A DNA stretch of 64,000 nt from Fimbriosthenelais zetlandica (GCA_977030845.1 OZ365111.1:13764001-13828000); one strand, 5' to 3'; positions 1-14,922 are shown, counted from the first letter of the stretch. Numbers and translations are program-made. Notes: generated by a model not told the origin, from the sequence alone.

Positions 1-3000
1 CTTTAGATACTTTTTATTATAGGGGACACCTAGACAGAACAGAGACATGATGCCTATCTGAGTCGCCAATAACAACATGAAAGTTAAAAGAAACGACCAA
101 AAGACGAAGATAGGAAAGAAAATACAATGATTACCACTGTTAACCAATTATCAATTACCTTCTGGGGCAATAAACAGACAAGGTAATTACTTAATCTATT
201 AGCTTATTCCCTCTTTTTCCTAAATGACATATTTGCCCAGCGGGATTAAGCTGCCAGCTGTAGAAGAAATAACAGAAGGAGTAATGTTTTTACCAATCTA
301 ACGAATGTCACTGTTAACACTGGGGGCAATAACTCATATTTTACCAGCAACAAGCTGCTATCTCATTTCTCACACCTCTCGGAGACAGTTTTCTAAAAAA
401 TACTATTTATAAATCAAGCTCTGTCAAGATAGAGAGAGACATTGGCCATAGGTGCAACCGGTAGACTTGTAGAGATGGGGAGGGGAGGAGGATGGACAGG
501 GGGAGGAAAGGGTGGCAAAAGCAGATCCAAAATTGGGTAGGTGTGTCCATATGGCCATTTCAGAGATGACTTTCTACTAAAATACTATTTTTGGGCCACA
601 AGGTTGAATCCCCTCATATTTTCATAGGACTGAACCCCCAACCCCTTCCTCCGAAATCCTGGATCCACCCCTGGGTGGATAAGGCTGGATGTTTGCCCCA
701 AGGCATTGAATAAAATACAGATATGAAGGAGGCAACGAGAGAGACACCTGGATGCTTGAAAAACAAGCAAAAACTCCACCCCCCAACATCAGTACTGATT
801 CACAGCTTGGCTGAGACCATCATTTACCCCTGCACTTGATCTTTAATTGAATACCGATAAAAGTATGACATATTTCACCCTGCCCCAGTGACAGCGCTGG
901 AATGTGATCCATTAGGGGGCCTGTCAGGGGTTCTTGATAAACCTATCCCTACAAATGTGAACCTGCTTTGAGGAAGACATTTTTATAATTTTTTTAAGCA
1001 AGGAAAGGTGGGTGAAGAATGAGCACCTGGTCGGGATTGGGAGTTTGGGATGTGATATGTAATTGCTGGTCTATCCCAGGGTTAAACGGGGAACCATTTT
1101 TAACCCATGTATTTTCAGAAATAACCAGGTAAATAAAATGAACTCGATATGTATCTGCCCATAATGAACGTAAAAGAATATAGAGAAGTCATAGACGATG
1201 CTCTCTGAGACATAGATTAGAACCAAGCCAGAAATCGTATAGGGTCTCTGACCATGGCATGTCTCCATTCCTCCTTACCCAGGCTGCTGCCATAGAGTTA
1301 GCCATACATGTTAGACATGCTGTAATTCTCTGACGTGCATGTTAATGAGGGCAGACATGTATGTGATGATTGTCATGAATAGTAATGAGACTGTCATGAA
1401 TAATAATGAGTCTCCTCCCCCTGATGAAGAGGGACATTGGCCTTCATTCACCAAAATTTTACCCTCCGCTTTCCTCTATTCTCACTGTTCTTCCACAGTG
1501 TAATACAGATGTATACATATGCATGTCAAGGCATAAAAGAAAGCACAACTATTTAGAAAACAATTTGATGCTCTTTATTTTGTTTAGTGTCATATAGCCG
1601 AAGATAATAAATTCAATAACAATATCTGTTTACCAAGCAGAACTCCAAATATCTGAGCAATTGTTCATTGTGCGCAGAAACTATAAGCGATAATCCAAAG
1701 GGAAGTTTCACCTTACACTTTTTGCACTCTCAGAACTTGTGACACATTTTAGATACATTATCAATGACAAAACAATAAAGCGATATCTATGGTGCCATGG
1801 ACTTGAAAGTACAGACAAAACAAGTACATTATTTACCTGAAAGTCATGGATGTCAGCTGATAGCTATAAGCAATTGCAGATTGGTGAGTGCTGGCTAGCT
1901 TATGGGCGGGAGTTGGTAAAAACAAAACTAACATACTAACATGGAGATAGATCTGTACATGTAGCTTTAATTAAAAATATTTTAATCAACAATGAACATA
2001 TATCATCAGAGATATGGCATATGTAGGTCGGGTCTCTGACTTCGGCCCATATCAATAATGTCCAGTCCCCACCAACTGCTCATTGAGAAGCAGTGAGGTA
2101 ATAATGCCAGCTTTCTCCACAGTTCCTAACCCAAGATAAAATATCACCAGATCAAAGGGCCCGCTCTCCTGATACGACCTCCACTTGTGCATTGTGCGGT
2201 TCCTTTAATGTAGTAAAAATATCAAGATAAGACCGGGCCCTTATCTCGCCTCTCTTCTCCGGCTCTCTAAACTCTCTCGACCCAATCCAATCATATCTCC
2301 CACCCCAGTCTCCATCCCTATGTTTTTATCTCGAAATTCAGGAAAAAACTGCACCGGATATTTCCTTCCTTCTTGGCACATCTTATGTGAATGTGAAAAT
2401 TTAAATAAACGTTCCATTTCAATAAGATAAGAACAATTGAATAACAAAATAATTCAGGCTTTTCCACTTGGCGAGTTTGAACACTTTCAAGTGGAGAAGT
2501 CTAATGACCAATTGAGAATAAAATACGTTGAAACTGGTTCATTTTTTGACATGGATTTGTAAAACTGAAGACTAATGGGCAATGTTACTCAACATGTGTT
2601 TCGCGCTTGTAAATTGCTGAATCTTGCATGGATCCATGACTAAGATGTTGGGGAGCACACAACATTAGATACAGGTCCCATCTCTATGGGTGGCCTTACT
2701 TTTTTAACCTAAGTAATAGGCATCAGATGTGATACATCCTTGTGATGCAAGGACACATCCATCAAAGTTATCAATTTACTTTTCTTGTCGTCAATTTCTT
2801 TCTTTCTCCCTCTCCTCCATTCCCTTCTCACCCTCACCTCGATCTATGCTATTTTTGCCTCTCCTTCCCATTCATTTTATTACTCCGGTTTATTTGGGGT
2901 GAGCCACCAACAAAGCATCTGTGACATGATCCCATAGTGTAAATCTGGGGTGGGGATGTAATCCAATTATCTCTCGAGTATGATGTATCATATATGTTAA

Positions 3001-6000
3001 CATCTATACTCCATGTGTTAATATGGGACATGCCTGTGAGAGATATCAACTTCAAAGGAAACATCCAAGTACTCCAAACATGATAATATTATGAATGCTT
3101 GAGCAAGGACCATTTTACTCCTCTTTGTTTTTTTCTCACATCCAACATTCTGCGAACCTGATATTTCCCATATTTATGGAAAAATTAAAACATAAATACG
3201 TGTATCAAAATAAATACAACTTAGAGATAACCCTCCTGCTTATCACATTATTTGATATGATTGTATTATCTAAATCACTATTAATAGATTCAATTTTCTA
3301 TTATGAAACCAGCTGGTAAAACCATCAACACTCTGTCGCCAGCTCGTACAGTTAAGTGCGTTCCAACGGTCCGAAATAATTTAATATGGACTATTTTTTT
3401 AATTGATTCATTTCCATTGAGCAAACAATATCATTGACATTTCATAACTGACAGTTAAATAATGTAAACACGAAATTTTGACCTGAAAGGGGTTTAAGGC
3501 TCTTGTAATAACATTTCAAGACCACCTGGTCCATGCACCTGGCTTTACGGTTGGCATTCCTCATTTTACTTCCATTTTCAATGTAAGACAATTTTTCATT
3601 GACATTTTTCATTCAGCATCAATTCTTGATTGCCAATTGTAACAATTATTAAATTTTGAGAGCATTCATAATGGAACTTGTAAATGCAACATCATGGCTA
3701 ATGAATTCTTTTATTTCAAAAAGGTAAATTAGGTTTGGCTAAGATTTATCACCATGCATTCAATTTTACTCTCCTTCATTAATGGTGACTACATAGAAAT
3801 ATTTAAAAAGAAAAATAACTATTTATTTTATTAATTTAAGTCATCAAGGATGCCAACAATTAATTCCCTTATAATTTATAGATCACAAGGATATGACCCC
3901 TTCTAATAAAGCATTATATAACAGCCCAGTGGGGATCCGCTTTGTGCGATCCCCCTTTGTTTGGAACTATTATAGTAACAATAGTGCTCCCCCATAAATA
4001 TAGTGGACGGACTAATTTGCATGGGCCATAACTTATGCTGGTGACATGGCCTAACATGTTAAATGTTCATGTCAAACAAGATCAAAGCATTCGGCAGCTT
4101 CCTAACCACTTTGATGGGATGGGTCGGTCAGGGGGAACCTTATCTTCCCATGACGGGGCAGGTATTTGCTTAAAGCCCGACTATAACAACCTTATTAGCT
4201 TTGTCTCTACAGGTCAGATTGGTCACTGGGTCGGGTCAAGGAGCTGTGGGGTCAAGGGTGGTTCCAGTTAAAATTGGACGAAATCTTCATTTCATATAGG
4301 CTACAGATTCTGAATTCAAAATGCAACCATGCGACGATGCATAGGCCTAATTGAGGTAACTGTACTGAAATTTAATTAAATTTTATAATTTGGACGATGA
4401 TCAAAGGTCATTCATATAAGATTAAATGGTCACTTTTAGGAATAATTAATGTGGGCCTATATTATATAGTTTAGGTCCGTTGAACTCCTGCTCTTTCGAA
4501 TCAACATAAGAAAGGACGCTGGGACTGCTCTGCATGGAAGGAATAAAATGTATCACATTCACCCACATGCACTGATTGAATTCAGGGAAGAAAGAACATG
4601 ACCAAATACAATTTACAGACATAGCTACCTCCCCAATCCGTCAGTCTTCAGACTGAAATCCAATTTTATGACCCAAGGTAGGATAGGGGTCCATTCACGA
4701 ACATGGAAACCCCAAACCTATCAAGGTCACACTGGACAAGGCATTATTTGTCAACCCAACATACTGCATGGAAAGGAAGAAATTTCTTGAAATCTTGAAG
4801 AACTTCATATTCGAACAGAATAAAGAATGTATTTTTTTTAGTATGGGAGGGAGGGGCGGGTGGCAGAGGTGTGAGAGAAAAGAGAAAGAGACCAGGGAGA
4901 GAGAGAACAGATTGAGGATTGTGGCAGGTCGCCATATCAGCCACGTGTGCGTGTATTGGCGCCTGTTATCACCATTTGGAGCCCTGCTCTGCTCTCTCTT
5001 ATCTATTGAGGGCCGCATTCCTAGAGGTGTGGCGAGTCGCTCAAGGTGTTGCCCAGCAGAAACTCGAGCAACTCGATCCCCATTATGAGCAACTCCTGCT
5101 GTCAGGTGCGGATCGGTCAGCTGGCCATGGGGTGGGGGTTGTGGGGAGGGACGAGGGGATATTCAGACAGAAGGCATTGTATGGGTGAATGAATGGGTGA
5201 ATTCGTACCAGTATGAGATGCAAAGTATAACCCAAAAGTGTTTTGGTTTGGAACTTTTTCTTTAGGAAAATGTAGCAAAAATTCAGAAATAATTTGTCAT
5301 GGTCCATGGAAATATCCATTTTAAGTTAAAAGTCACTAAAAAATTTACCCCAATATCATGAATAATGACTTTTCCCTCCGATCATTGTTGTGGGCGTGGG
5401 TGGTGGGTAGGGGGGTTAGGTAGGTGGGGATGAAGAATGCACTAGCAATGGGGGAAATGGGAATAACTGCTGGCTGCTTTTGATGTTAACCCATACAAAC
5501 ATTTTTTCTTCCAGACTAGGGGGACTCGTACGCAGCATATCCACAGTTATCTGACAACCTCCCACCACATAAAATATCACCTGTGATACACCTGGCCATC
5601 AAATCACACCTCTGTATCATATATATCTAAGATTGCCACAAGTGTGTTTACTTTTCATTAGTCAGTAACACTGCAAAGAAAGCCACTAAAGTTAAGTGTA
5701 TTGCTCGATCTATGCATATAGTGTTTAGCGTTTCCATCTGTACTTGAATGATGGACTCGTACTTGATGACATAGCATAATTAGCTAAAGATAGTTAACCT
5801 AATTGCATCATCTCCATAGGTGGGTTTCCATTTTTTGGTATATAGGCCTAACAAGTTCCGTTATTTTACGAAATCCATCTTCAGTTTATTCGCAAATAAT
5901 TTCCGATATTCCTTACCTGGTAATAAACTGATCCTTACATTGTAATAAACTGATCTATATAGGCCTATTTTTGCCAAGCTTTTATAAACTTTCTAAGTAC

Positions 6001-6899
6001 ATTTTGTGCAAGTAAAAGATTGGTGTTACATGTATACGGTTTCACATATATCACAACAACCTTTAAGGAAGACAGAACAAAGGGACAACTAACGTACATA
6101 CATAGAGACATGTATATATATGTTCAGTAGCATCTATACTGAGGAATGATCCCTAACGCCCGAGCCTTACAAGCTATTCCAAGCACATGCTGGTTGCTCA
6201 TTTGCAACTGAATTCCTTGATTTCGGCGGAATTCCTCAGGCGCTCTGTGGACGCCACTTCAAAGGGACAGGATGAAGGGACCATTGGTCCGATTAGGCAT
6301 GCGTAGTTGGTTGGGAGAAAGGCAGGCCCCCGCGTGCGAGGCTTGTGCCCGTCCAACTACTTTTTCTCTTCAACTATCTCATATTTTGGTATTATATGAT
6401 TTGTATAAAAGTGGGGGCAGAGTGAGATCATGATGGAATATATTCACTTGAAAACAAATGATCGAACAAATTATAATCTTACTTACAAAATAATGATTGA
6501 AAAACTATCTATGAACTTTTTCCGTTACAAAAGCAATGATTTATGGTTAAAAGCTTATTTTACAAAGTAATCCAGAAGAGAAATTCCGAAATTTTAATAT
6601 AAATAATATTATAGATATTTACCTCTAGGAAATAAGGTTTTCACTTCACGAGTTAAAAATCAGATACGTTTTATATTGTTTATGATGATCTAATTCTCTC
6701 CAGACAACCCCCATGTTGTGGTCCACAATATTATATTTCACAGATCTAAGCCCATACCATTTCCCTGATCTTTGTTAGATCCTGTTCCTTCTGGGACCCA
6801 TCACAAATCCAAGAGCCCAAAATAGCCCTGTGGGGGCCAGCCCTAATACAAGCCATCTCGCCATAGACACACAAACACACTCATACCCACTTAGCACCG

Positions 6900-9800
6900 G
6901 TGAAAACCCAGGTTTTTTTCTTGCGGCACATACAACGTTATTGCCATATGCTCAAATCCAAACTATCCTGAACTCAGTATGTGTCTCTGGTAGTATTTCT
7001 CTCAGCCTTGATTGATTTAGCTGTCGGTTTTTTTGGCCTGCAGTCATGCAATGGAGCATTGTGTCAAGGACCTTGAGTGTTTCTTCTGATCAGAGTGACA
7101 GCTGGTGGCCATACTAAAGGTGGATCTTAATGAAGCCCTCCATCTTAACTCAGTGTCAACTTTCCTCCTGCTTCTCTCCACCTCAACACGTGGTGGTAAT
7201 TCCAATCAGTGGGGGTTACAAAGATGAGGATTGTCAGGGAAGACGTTGTGGGTATTTGTCAATATTTTTTTCTCAATATGTTCCGAGAATATTTGGGTCC
7301 TCAAATAAAAAATATTTAACTTTTAGGAAAGCAGTACAAGATGTAAACTACCCCACGTATTTGGTTCTTTTTGCCTTAGTTTCCCTTATGAAAGTCGGGG
7401 AGTGAATCTGCAAGGAAGCTCTGAATTCAGTTCTTTCATGTGGCCTGAACTACCAAGACCTAAAATTCTGTCCACAATAGTTCTACCGGGGCTACAGAGA
7501 AAGACAAAAGACAAGGACGGAAATACAGGATGACCTCCAAAGCCACATATAAATTCTACTTGGAAGATTAATCTTAAAATTATAAAAATTAATTTCACAT
7601 CAAAACAAAACACTTTTATAATGCCCTCAGTCAGCTATATAGGTGCAGGACTGTGGATGAACTTTTGGGTGGGACATTGCCTCCAGTATAAACCGGGGTA
7701 ATGGCAGCTGAGTAACGACTGGCCCAGATCCATGTTTATTTCATGTAGATGTCCCGTTGGCTCTTCCTTCATCCCTCTTTATTGAATCAGGTGGGCTGGC
7801 ATACCATAAACTCCTGGTGCATCCTTCCGTGTACACCTTGTCCTCAAAACATATCAAGAATGCACTAAAGAGAATGGTGCCAACTTTTTTTTCTGAACCA
7901 CAAAATACTTTCAGTGGGATTTGCTTGGCTTTTTTCCTACTCATTCTGAACCACAATGATATGGAGATGTTTTATCCTCTTGACTTTTTTTCAGGCCAGG
8001 TCCTGACCACCAATAGTGATCATGAGAATCAGTGCAAAATGACTGAGATTGACTCATTCCAAATGTCATCGATTTAAAAAAAATTGGTCAGTTGGTTCTT
8101 TTCTTTGTATATTTGGTAACCTATTGCTAGTCACTGCCTGGGAACAATGATATAGCAAGTCAAAAATATGGAAAAACACTGTTTGTAGCCATAACCTTGA
8201 GTGAATCCACTGTGGTTACGCATGAGTTGGCAGCTCATCTCAAGGCTTTTCAGCGTCCGCCTGGGTACAGATGTTATACCTTGGCTTAGGGCGGGCACAC
8301 AAATGCTATTGTATCAGCTATTTTGTTACTTCCCCATGGCAAATACAGCTTGTTGTCGACCTCCAAGGTTCACCGGGACTAGTTCAAACAGTGCGAGCAA
8401 ACATCTCCAGTCCCCAAATCTAGCAGGGACAATCGTGCTGGTGTCAGGTACGTCACCTTTCTCATTTATCCATCAATGTGTGATCCACCAAAACAATCTC
8501 CACGCTACTGGTACCATTCAGAAATAGAAAAAAGCTTCACAGATATTTTTCTTCATTGAGTGTGGAAAGTGGGGTTCATTGCGAAGGTATCATTGCAACT
8601 GCCAAGATGGAAACCTAAGGCATTTCTATAACAATAATGAATATTGTTGCTCAAACATGAATGATTCTATTCCAAATTAATGTCAATTTCTGAGAAAAAA
8701 CGTCATACAAAATGGTTTCTTCGACCGTAGTGATGAAAGTGTCTCATAAAAAGTTATCATGAAAAGGAAAAACTGTAATACATGTACTTAACTGTGAACT
8801 GTTGGTAGTTGTGAAATTCTAGTAAGAAAGATGAAGCAACATCCCGAGGACTCTGTTGCAAATAATGTTATTGGCTCAATAGGAATTTCTCTTTATATTA
8901 AGGATAATTTTGGAGGCAGTAGTGATGTATGTAGTAATACTGTAGCCTACAAAGTCTTTCTTTGCCTTTGGTATATGACTCTACTAACTTTGATAATGTG
9001 TAACTATCAATGCGCATCCACTCTCTCTTAGTCAATACACATCATTTGAATTACTTCAGAGAATACCTCATAGGAAAAGATGCCACCGGAAGGAGTGAAA
9101 GTTGAAAAGCTAGCAAGGTAAAGTGAGAAAGCGCTTGGGGATTCTTTGCTCCTCGCACTGACCCTCGTCTAAGCAGCTGACTTTTTGCCAGTTTTTCCTG
9201 GTTTGTGTTATTTGCGCGTCCCACACTCCGTTTCTGGTATTGGATTACCGGGTGTTTGGCGGTGGGAGGGCCCGGTGATGCCTCCCCCTTGTCATGTCCA
9301 TGTAAACATGGAGTACACCCTGCCACACACCAATGTGGATTGTTGTGCCGGCCCAGTCTTTGATAATGCTTACCTTTCGTGGGGTATCATAGTCAGAGGT
9401 GCATGAGACTTGGCACTATTTAACGTGGTGAGGGTAGGGGGACTCACCTCACTTAACTAACAACTCTTCCAACTTACAAAACTTTTTAACCTCTTTCACT
9501 AGTTTCCTATTCAATTATACAATACTGTATAAAAAAAACACAGGAGTGATTCTTTGCTCTCCCAAAATTGAGTTTGCCAGTGCTAAGGAGCGCTATCAAT
9601 GAAGCCCATTCAACGGTATGGATGGGTGTCAATCCAAAATTACGTAATGTCAATTTGCTACAGATTTGCCGTTCAGTATAAGGCAGTGCTAAACATGTAT
9701 AGGGGCTATTCAAAAATTCCGTAACACCGTTTTGCTCCAGAACCTCTGTGACACTAGACGTATAAAGCAATGCTCCCCTTTCCACTTCCAGTTACGTAAT

Positions 9801-10650
9801 TTTTGAATGGCCCTATACTGGTAGGAACTCGTATTAAAACTGGCTATTGTACCTATAATTGAAATCAGCCAGTCATTTCCTTATGGTGCAAATTTGAAAG
9901 TAAAAGATAGCTTCTAAACCTCAACTCGTTTATATAGCCATGACGCTAACCAATGAGAATAGAACCATTCTATGCTTGTTGCACCAAATGTTGCATATAT
10001 ATAGAGAGATCAATTATAGTGAAGGGCACAGAATGAAGGACCTAATATTGCATAGATCTAAACAAAATATCCCACACAAGTTGATCTAAAATGGACCGCT
10101 TGAACAGAAGAAACAATTTCAGAGGTCATTTCATTCGCCAAGATGAGACATCAATATGATAATCTTTCATAAGGGCGTTTCCTCTACAACTTGATGATGC
10201 TGTGCATCCTGTAGGCTCTCACCACTTCCCAGCCCTCATCTTCCCTTCTGCCTTTACCATCAAGCCATTTCACCAACTCCTCCTTCCTATATCCCCAACC
10301 CAAGACGGAGTTCATCTGTCGTTATAGATCAGCAGTTCTATGGGACGGAAGCATTTACTCCACCTAAATCCCGCTGGAGTACAATGTGGTTGAGGTATGC
10401 AGGAGTCAGGAGTGTTTTTTCTGCGTGTTGTGCTCGTGGTCCCCCCTTTCTGTGTACCTACTTATTTGGCCATGTTGACACGGATTTGGGCCTCACAATG
10501 CGTTCATAGGACCCCCATACCTATCCTGATCCTTTGGGTAACTTCTTCAACCGCAGCTGTGTTGGGGGATGGGAGTTAAGGCTGTGCTCCACTGCTGCGA
10601 CACAGTATATTTACATAAATATTAGGTAACAATTATGAGTGCAGTTCAAT
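6900..10650 (-). mobile_element. Decayed DIRS1-like tyrosine-recombinase retroelement (relic A: RT, methyltransferase-like, YR)
   Basis: Stop- and frameshift-riddled minus-strand translations give DIRS1-type motifs in the expected order: DLGGVNASVP*NC*SITTD at 10310-10370 (cf. VGGRL..FW.NW..ITTD at the RT N-terminus); IWGLEMFAR and AFVCPP*AKV at about 8270-8420 (cf. MT domain W..P.IDLFAT / YAFPP..L.KVL); W-DLGQSLL near 7710-7735 and LGLGSSGHMKELNS at 7420-7460 (cf. YR WDL..VL and LALASGRR.SELHAL). Boundaries approximate. Confidence 0.5.
9702..9813. mobile_element. 112-bp MITE with ~23-bp TIRs and TA target duplication
   Basis: Left GGGCTATTCAAAAATTCCGTAAC vs reverse complement of the right end GGGCCATTCAAAAATTACGTAAC (21/23 match); TA(TA) flanks both ends. 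Confidence 0.7.
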
Positions 10651-13600
10651 GTGCCTAAAGGCTCAAATTCACCACTGGTGCATTTATCCTTGTGACAAAA
10701 GCGTCGCTTTGTCGCACTTGTGTCGCAAAGAAAATCGCACCCAGTGGATAACAGCCTTTATCATCGCACCGCCTGACTCTCTGGAGGGTGTGTGTGCCTT
10801 CCACACATTTCTTTTATGTCACATCCACCAGTTTTGAACTTCCTCTGTGTCCCCCTCTATCTATTCAATGCTGGATAAGTTAGGTGGTTTACTGAGAAAG
10901 AGGAAACAGTTTCAAGGAAACAATTCCAACCATCAAGGTTAGGTACACTCCATGTGTACTATGATATAGGGGTCAAAGATAGGTGAGAGGAAGGTGAAAG
11001 ACTGAGAGAAAAGACAGAGATGGATGGATGATTATGAATATATTGTTTTTGTTATTTCACGAGGCAGTTTTCAATTTTTCATTTACACGCCTCTCCCCAT
11101 ATGCAGACAGTGGACTGGCCTTTGATACATCCCAGTTAGCAGCACTGGTTGGAAAAGAAGAAATTTAAAGAATCTATGGGGAATTGAACCCAGGCTCGCC
11201 CATTCAAATGGAACACTCTAAAGTACAGCCTGAGTAATGATCCTTACCCACGAAATAAAAGACAGAGAAAAAAATGAAACGAAGAATTATATCCTTTTAG
11301 AAATGTTATTTCCACGCAGACATGACAAGTGATAAGGGTATCCATTCAGGTATCAGCATGCTCAGAATCATGGGAAGGCAAATTGCCATGTAACATCAAT
11401 TATGGATGCATGTTCCATGCAGGGAAAGCCTAGACACCCGGGCTGGTTATAATTGTTAGGGCACGAAACTGAAGTTTGAATGCCAACAGAGTTTGTTGTC
11501 CAATAAATGAGAGCATGTAACAAAGTGTGGCAGTCTGTAATAGGGACCATCCACCCTGAAATAACTCTTAAAGTTTAGACAATGGTTAACATAAGCGAGA
11601 ACGATATTTATAGTATGGGAAATTCGTTTCAATTTGAAATAGATCAAATCTGATGATAGAAATCCAGGATTTCCACTTGGGACCCATCTATGGACTTTAA
11701 ATTTTTAATTTGCAGAAGAGACAAATCCGTCTGATTTCCATTGACAATGTCCCACAAGGAAATCATCACTACATCACTTCCCATTGATTTCCCATTCTTC
11801 CAGTGGTGCCAAATCACTGACAATAGCCCCTTCTGGCATCCGGGAAACTTTTAAAACAACAATTTCCCCAGACTGCCCCTGTGGTTTCTGTATACAATGA
11901 TGGGCAGGCTCCTGGGGCAAGGGTAAGTTTTGGAATCCAGCAGGGGAGTTTGTTGTGTTTGGATGGGGCGAGGGCGATCATCGGCAAGGTGACAAGGCTG
12001 CGAACAGCACTCCCGCCAGGCCGGGGGTAACTGAAACCAGCCAGGGGTGACCGGGGTCACACCACTGGATCTTTTTACCCCACCATTCTTACCCCGGATA
12101 GGGGTGCTAGTCACTTTACCCCCTGTTATGGCGGCCATAAAAAATAGTGCGGGACGAATGCATCCATAATAGTGTAACCTTCTGACATGGCCCCTTCTCC
12201 GTTTACCCCCGGTCTTTCCTACTTCTCCATCCGATAAGGCATTAGAGACTTTTTTATTCGCTTGAAATGAATTTATCACGTACAGGTCATGATTATCCTT
12301 AATTATCTCACTTCCTGAGATGTGATCGTACACACATGTTTGCTGGGGATGGTCGTAAAAGAAATGTATCTTTTTAATATTTTTTTTTTGTGCACCAACG
12401 TTTGGAAGTGTGAACTAGTTCAATGATTTCCGGAGCATTTCTACTTGCATAACTAGATCATGCCATGGAAGCATAAATATAAGTCTAATACATTGTTGGA
12501 TGAATAGCGTAAAACATTAAAATATAATTATATAAGTGAATATCTGAATATCTTTTAAAAAAAATCAAAGCCATAACTGAGAGTAACGAAACAAAATATT
12601 GACTAAATTTTAACCAGCTCTATTCCAGCTATCAACGAATATCCCCATTGAGTATTCTCCAATCCATCGGTGGACAGAAAAGATAATGTCTAATATCTAT
12701 GATGAAAGTGGGATCTTTCATCGCCTATAAGTCCCCCTCCTTGCCTTTTACTCCCTCTCTGAGTGCTTTGCGGTGCACAAGTCAGTGGGTCTGGGCTAAC
12801 TCGGTCAGAGCGAGCAGATCAAAGGGACCCGGCCATGACACTGACAAGCTGTGAGCTTCTCATCCCGGCTGATGTGCTCCATACGTGCCTCCCTCCTCCT
12901 CTCATCCACTACAAGAAGGAATGATCCCGCTCTCCGATACCAAGCCACTGATTTCTCTTATACCTTCACCTCAAACCGAGTGCAATTTTCAGGTTTTTAT
13001 AAGCCAGGACCAATAGAAAAACCATTAGGAAAAGATGGATTGAAGGGGTGGGGAGCTGCACAGGAGTATCAAGTGCTCAATTAAATTTATATCATGACAG
13101 TCAACTAGTGATTGGAGAGAGGGGAAAAAGTGTAACATGTTCCAGCTTCTAGCCTTGGAACGGTATCACAGCATATAGGCCTAAATAATAACATTGCATG
13201 ATCTAGGATTTCGGATTTTGGGGAGAATCAAATCCAACAAATTGATTTGGGGCAAAATCATCTTCAACAAATATTAAATGGACAGAACAGAATGGATAAT
13301 ACTGTTGTCAGGAGGATTTTTTAGTAGACCTAGGGCAACCAATGGTGGTATAGGCCTAATAAATAGGAGTTGAAACCCATTACCAATATGACGAGGGTCA
13401 CAACCCTGGCACTCCCTGGGTCACATACTATCACAAACTGAGTCAAATTTATTTAATTTGTGTACAAACACTGCCATGTTAATGGTCTTATTAGTCCCTG
13501 CTCACAAATCCTAACTTTTTTCTGAATGTGGCAGGCCAGCTGTTGGTGGAGTGGGAGCAGGAATCACTCACCTCCCACTTGCCAGCTGTGCTGGGAGGGG

Positions 13601-14743
13601 GCGCCACCGGTGAGCGACTCGCCGCCACAGGTAGAGAGCTGCTCTCCACATGATGTGGCTAAAGGATCCATGCACAATTAATCTACTGTCATCATAGACC
13701 CCATATATAACCTATAACGTATGGCAATCCAGAGGTGGATCCAGGGGTCGGGGGTGGGTTCATGGTGGTCAGGACCCCCTCCCCTAGCTTTTGGAGAAAG
13801 ACCAAACATACTGGATTTATATATTCGTTTCAGAGTTCACGATTTATCAACTAGAGACAAAATTATCAACAAATTATGAAATGACAGTTGTCAAAGAAAA
13901 AAACTCATTTAGCAAGCTAAAAATACCACATGTAATGAGGTGCTTTCCAAAATCATTTCACGGAACAACGCAATTTGAGCCTCTTAAATGTGTCTGTAAG
14001 CATTTCAGCACAATAAATATTACAGAGGGAAATTCGAAAAATGAGGGAAAGATCGAGGGTAAGGTGAGGTAGGGTGAGTGAAAGAAGGAGCCCAGGGATG
14101 GGGGGAATGGAGAGATGGGAAGGAGGTTCGAGAAAATCTTCATAATCTATCCAAATGTACATTTTAATATTGAGCACTATACCTATCAGTGTATCACATC
14201 TGCCTTAAAGGACCAGGCTAATGAGTGATGGTGGGAGGTTAGGCCTAGGCCTACATGTATACATACTGACCCACAAATGGTGTATAAGTGGCTCCACTGA
14301 TCAAGTGGTAGGGGGGGGGGGGTGATAAAGACGACACCAGTGGTCACTTAGCCTCAAGTGGCCAGTCATTGTGTCCTCCTATACCGGAGGCCCTATTCAT
14401 GACCCAATGACCACCTATAGTGCCCCCATTGTACGGGCCTCATTGAAGCAGATTAAAAACTGGCAAAGCTCTTATGAATGAGATGCTATCGGTGGAGTTT
14501 GTACACACCTTTGGCTAGGTGCACGAGTCAGTAGAGTGTGAAGAAAATGAGTGGTTGGAAGGCGGTCCCTTCACAGGTGACAATGGGGGTCGGGGGTGGG
14601 TGTGTAAAATGGGTGGGTGGGGGCTTATAATATAGGACCACTCACTGTGGGCCTCTTTGATGTATATATATGGGAGACAGGGATTTAGGTGAATCTATCC
14701 ATTGTGGTTTGGGACCTGGTGTCAGACTAGTGGGGGATAAATA

Positions 14744-14922
14744 CAGTAGATTTTCACCAATGCGACCACCCTTGGGATTAAAATCAATATGGGCATACAC
14801 TGGGACAGCTGCTTTAACGAGTAGGCCCTGTCTAAGTGTATAAAAATTGTTTCTGGTTCTTTAATGGTCAGAAAGTGAGATGGTCGTTTTAGAGAGGTGG
14901 TCGTTAAAGCGAGGATTCACTG
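14744..14922. mobile_element. Tc1/mariner-pogo-type MITE (CAGT termini, TA TSD)
   Basis: TA|CAGTAGATTTTCACCAATGCGACCACC ... GGTGGTCGTTAAAGCGAGGATTCACTG|TA: degenerate TIRs sharing CAGT...CGACCACC, with TA on both sides. Confidence 0.6.

Noticed and set aside
654-680. GGATCCACCCCTG terminus pairing with CAGAGGTGGATCC at 13730 as TIRs of a 13-kb element
   Set aside because: The two motifs point away from each other and each looks like one end of a separate small repeat; no TSD.
4695-5319. Stack of overlapping ORFs, including IHPFIHPYNAFC, considered as ZNRF3 exon 2
   Set aside because: No splice acceptor and no similarity to MHPLGLCN...GWVGVVKL.
5911-5954. Apparent duplication with a TACAT-containing spacer, a possible link to the TAGGCCTA process
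   Set aside because: On inspection it is a plain 22-bp tandem duplication with 3 mismatches. The similar case at 27098-27155 also needs no spacer, and TATAA flanking TACATGTAGGCC at 54527-54550 is only 5 bp.
11170-11215. tRNA gene suggested by a B-box (GGAATTGAACCCAGG; similar at about 48157)
   Set aside because: No cloverleaf can be folded; at most decayed tRNA-derived SINE heads.
11851-12333. 160-aa ORF containing RLHYYG and SSGV at LINE RT-like spacing
   Set aside because: The intervening residues do not match RT and no AFD or YADD/FADD motif flanks it; probably chance.
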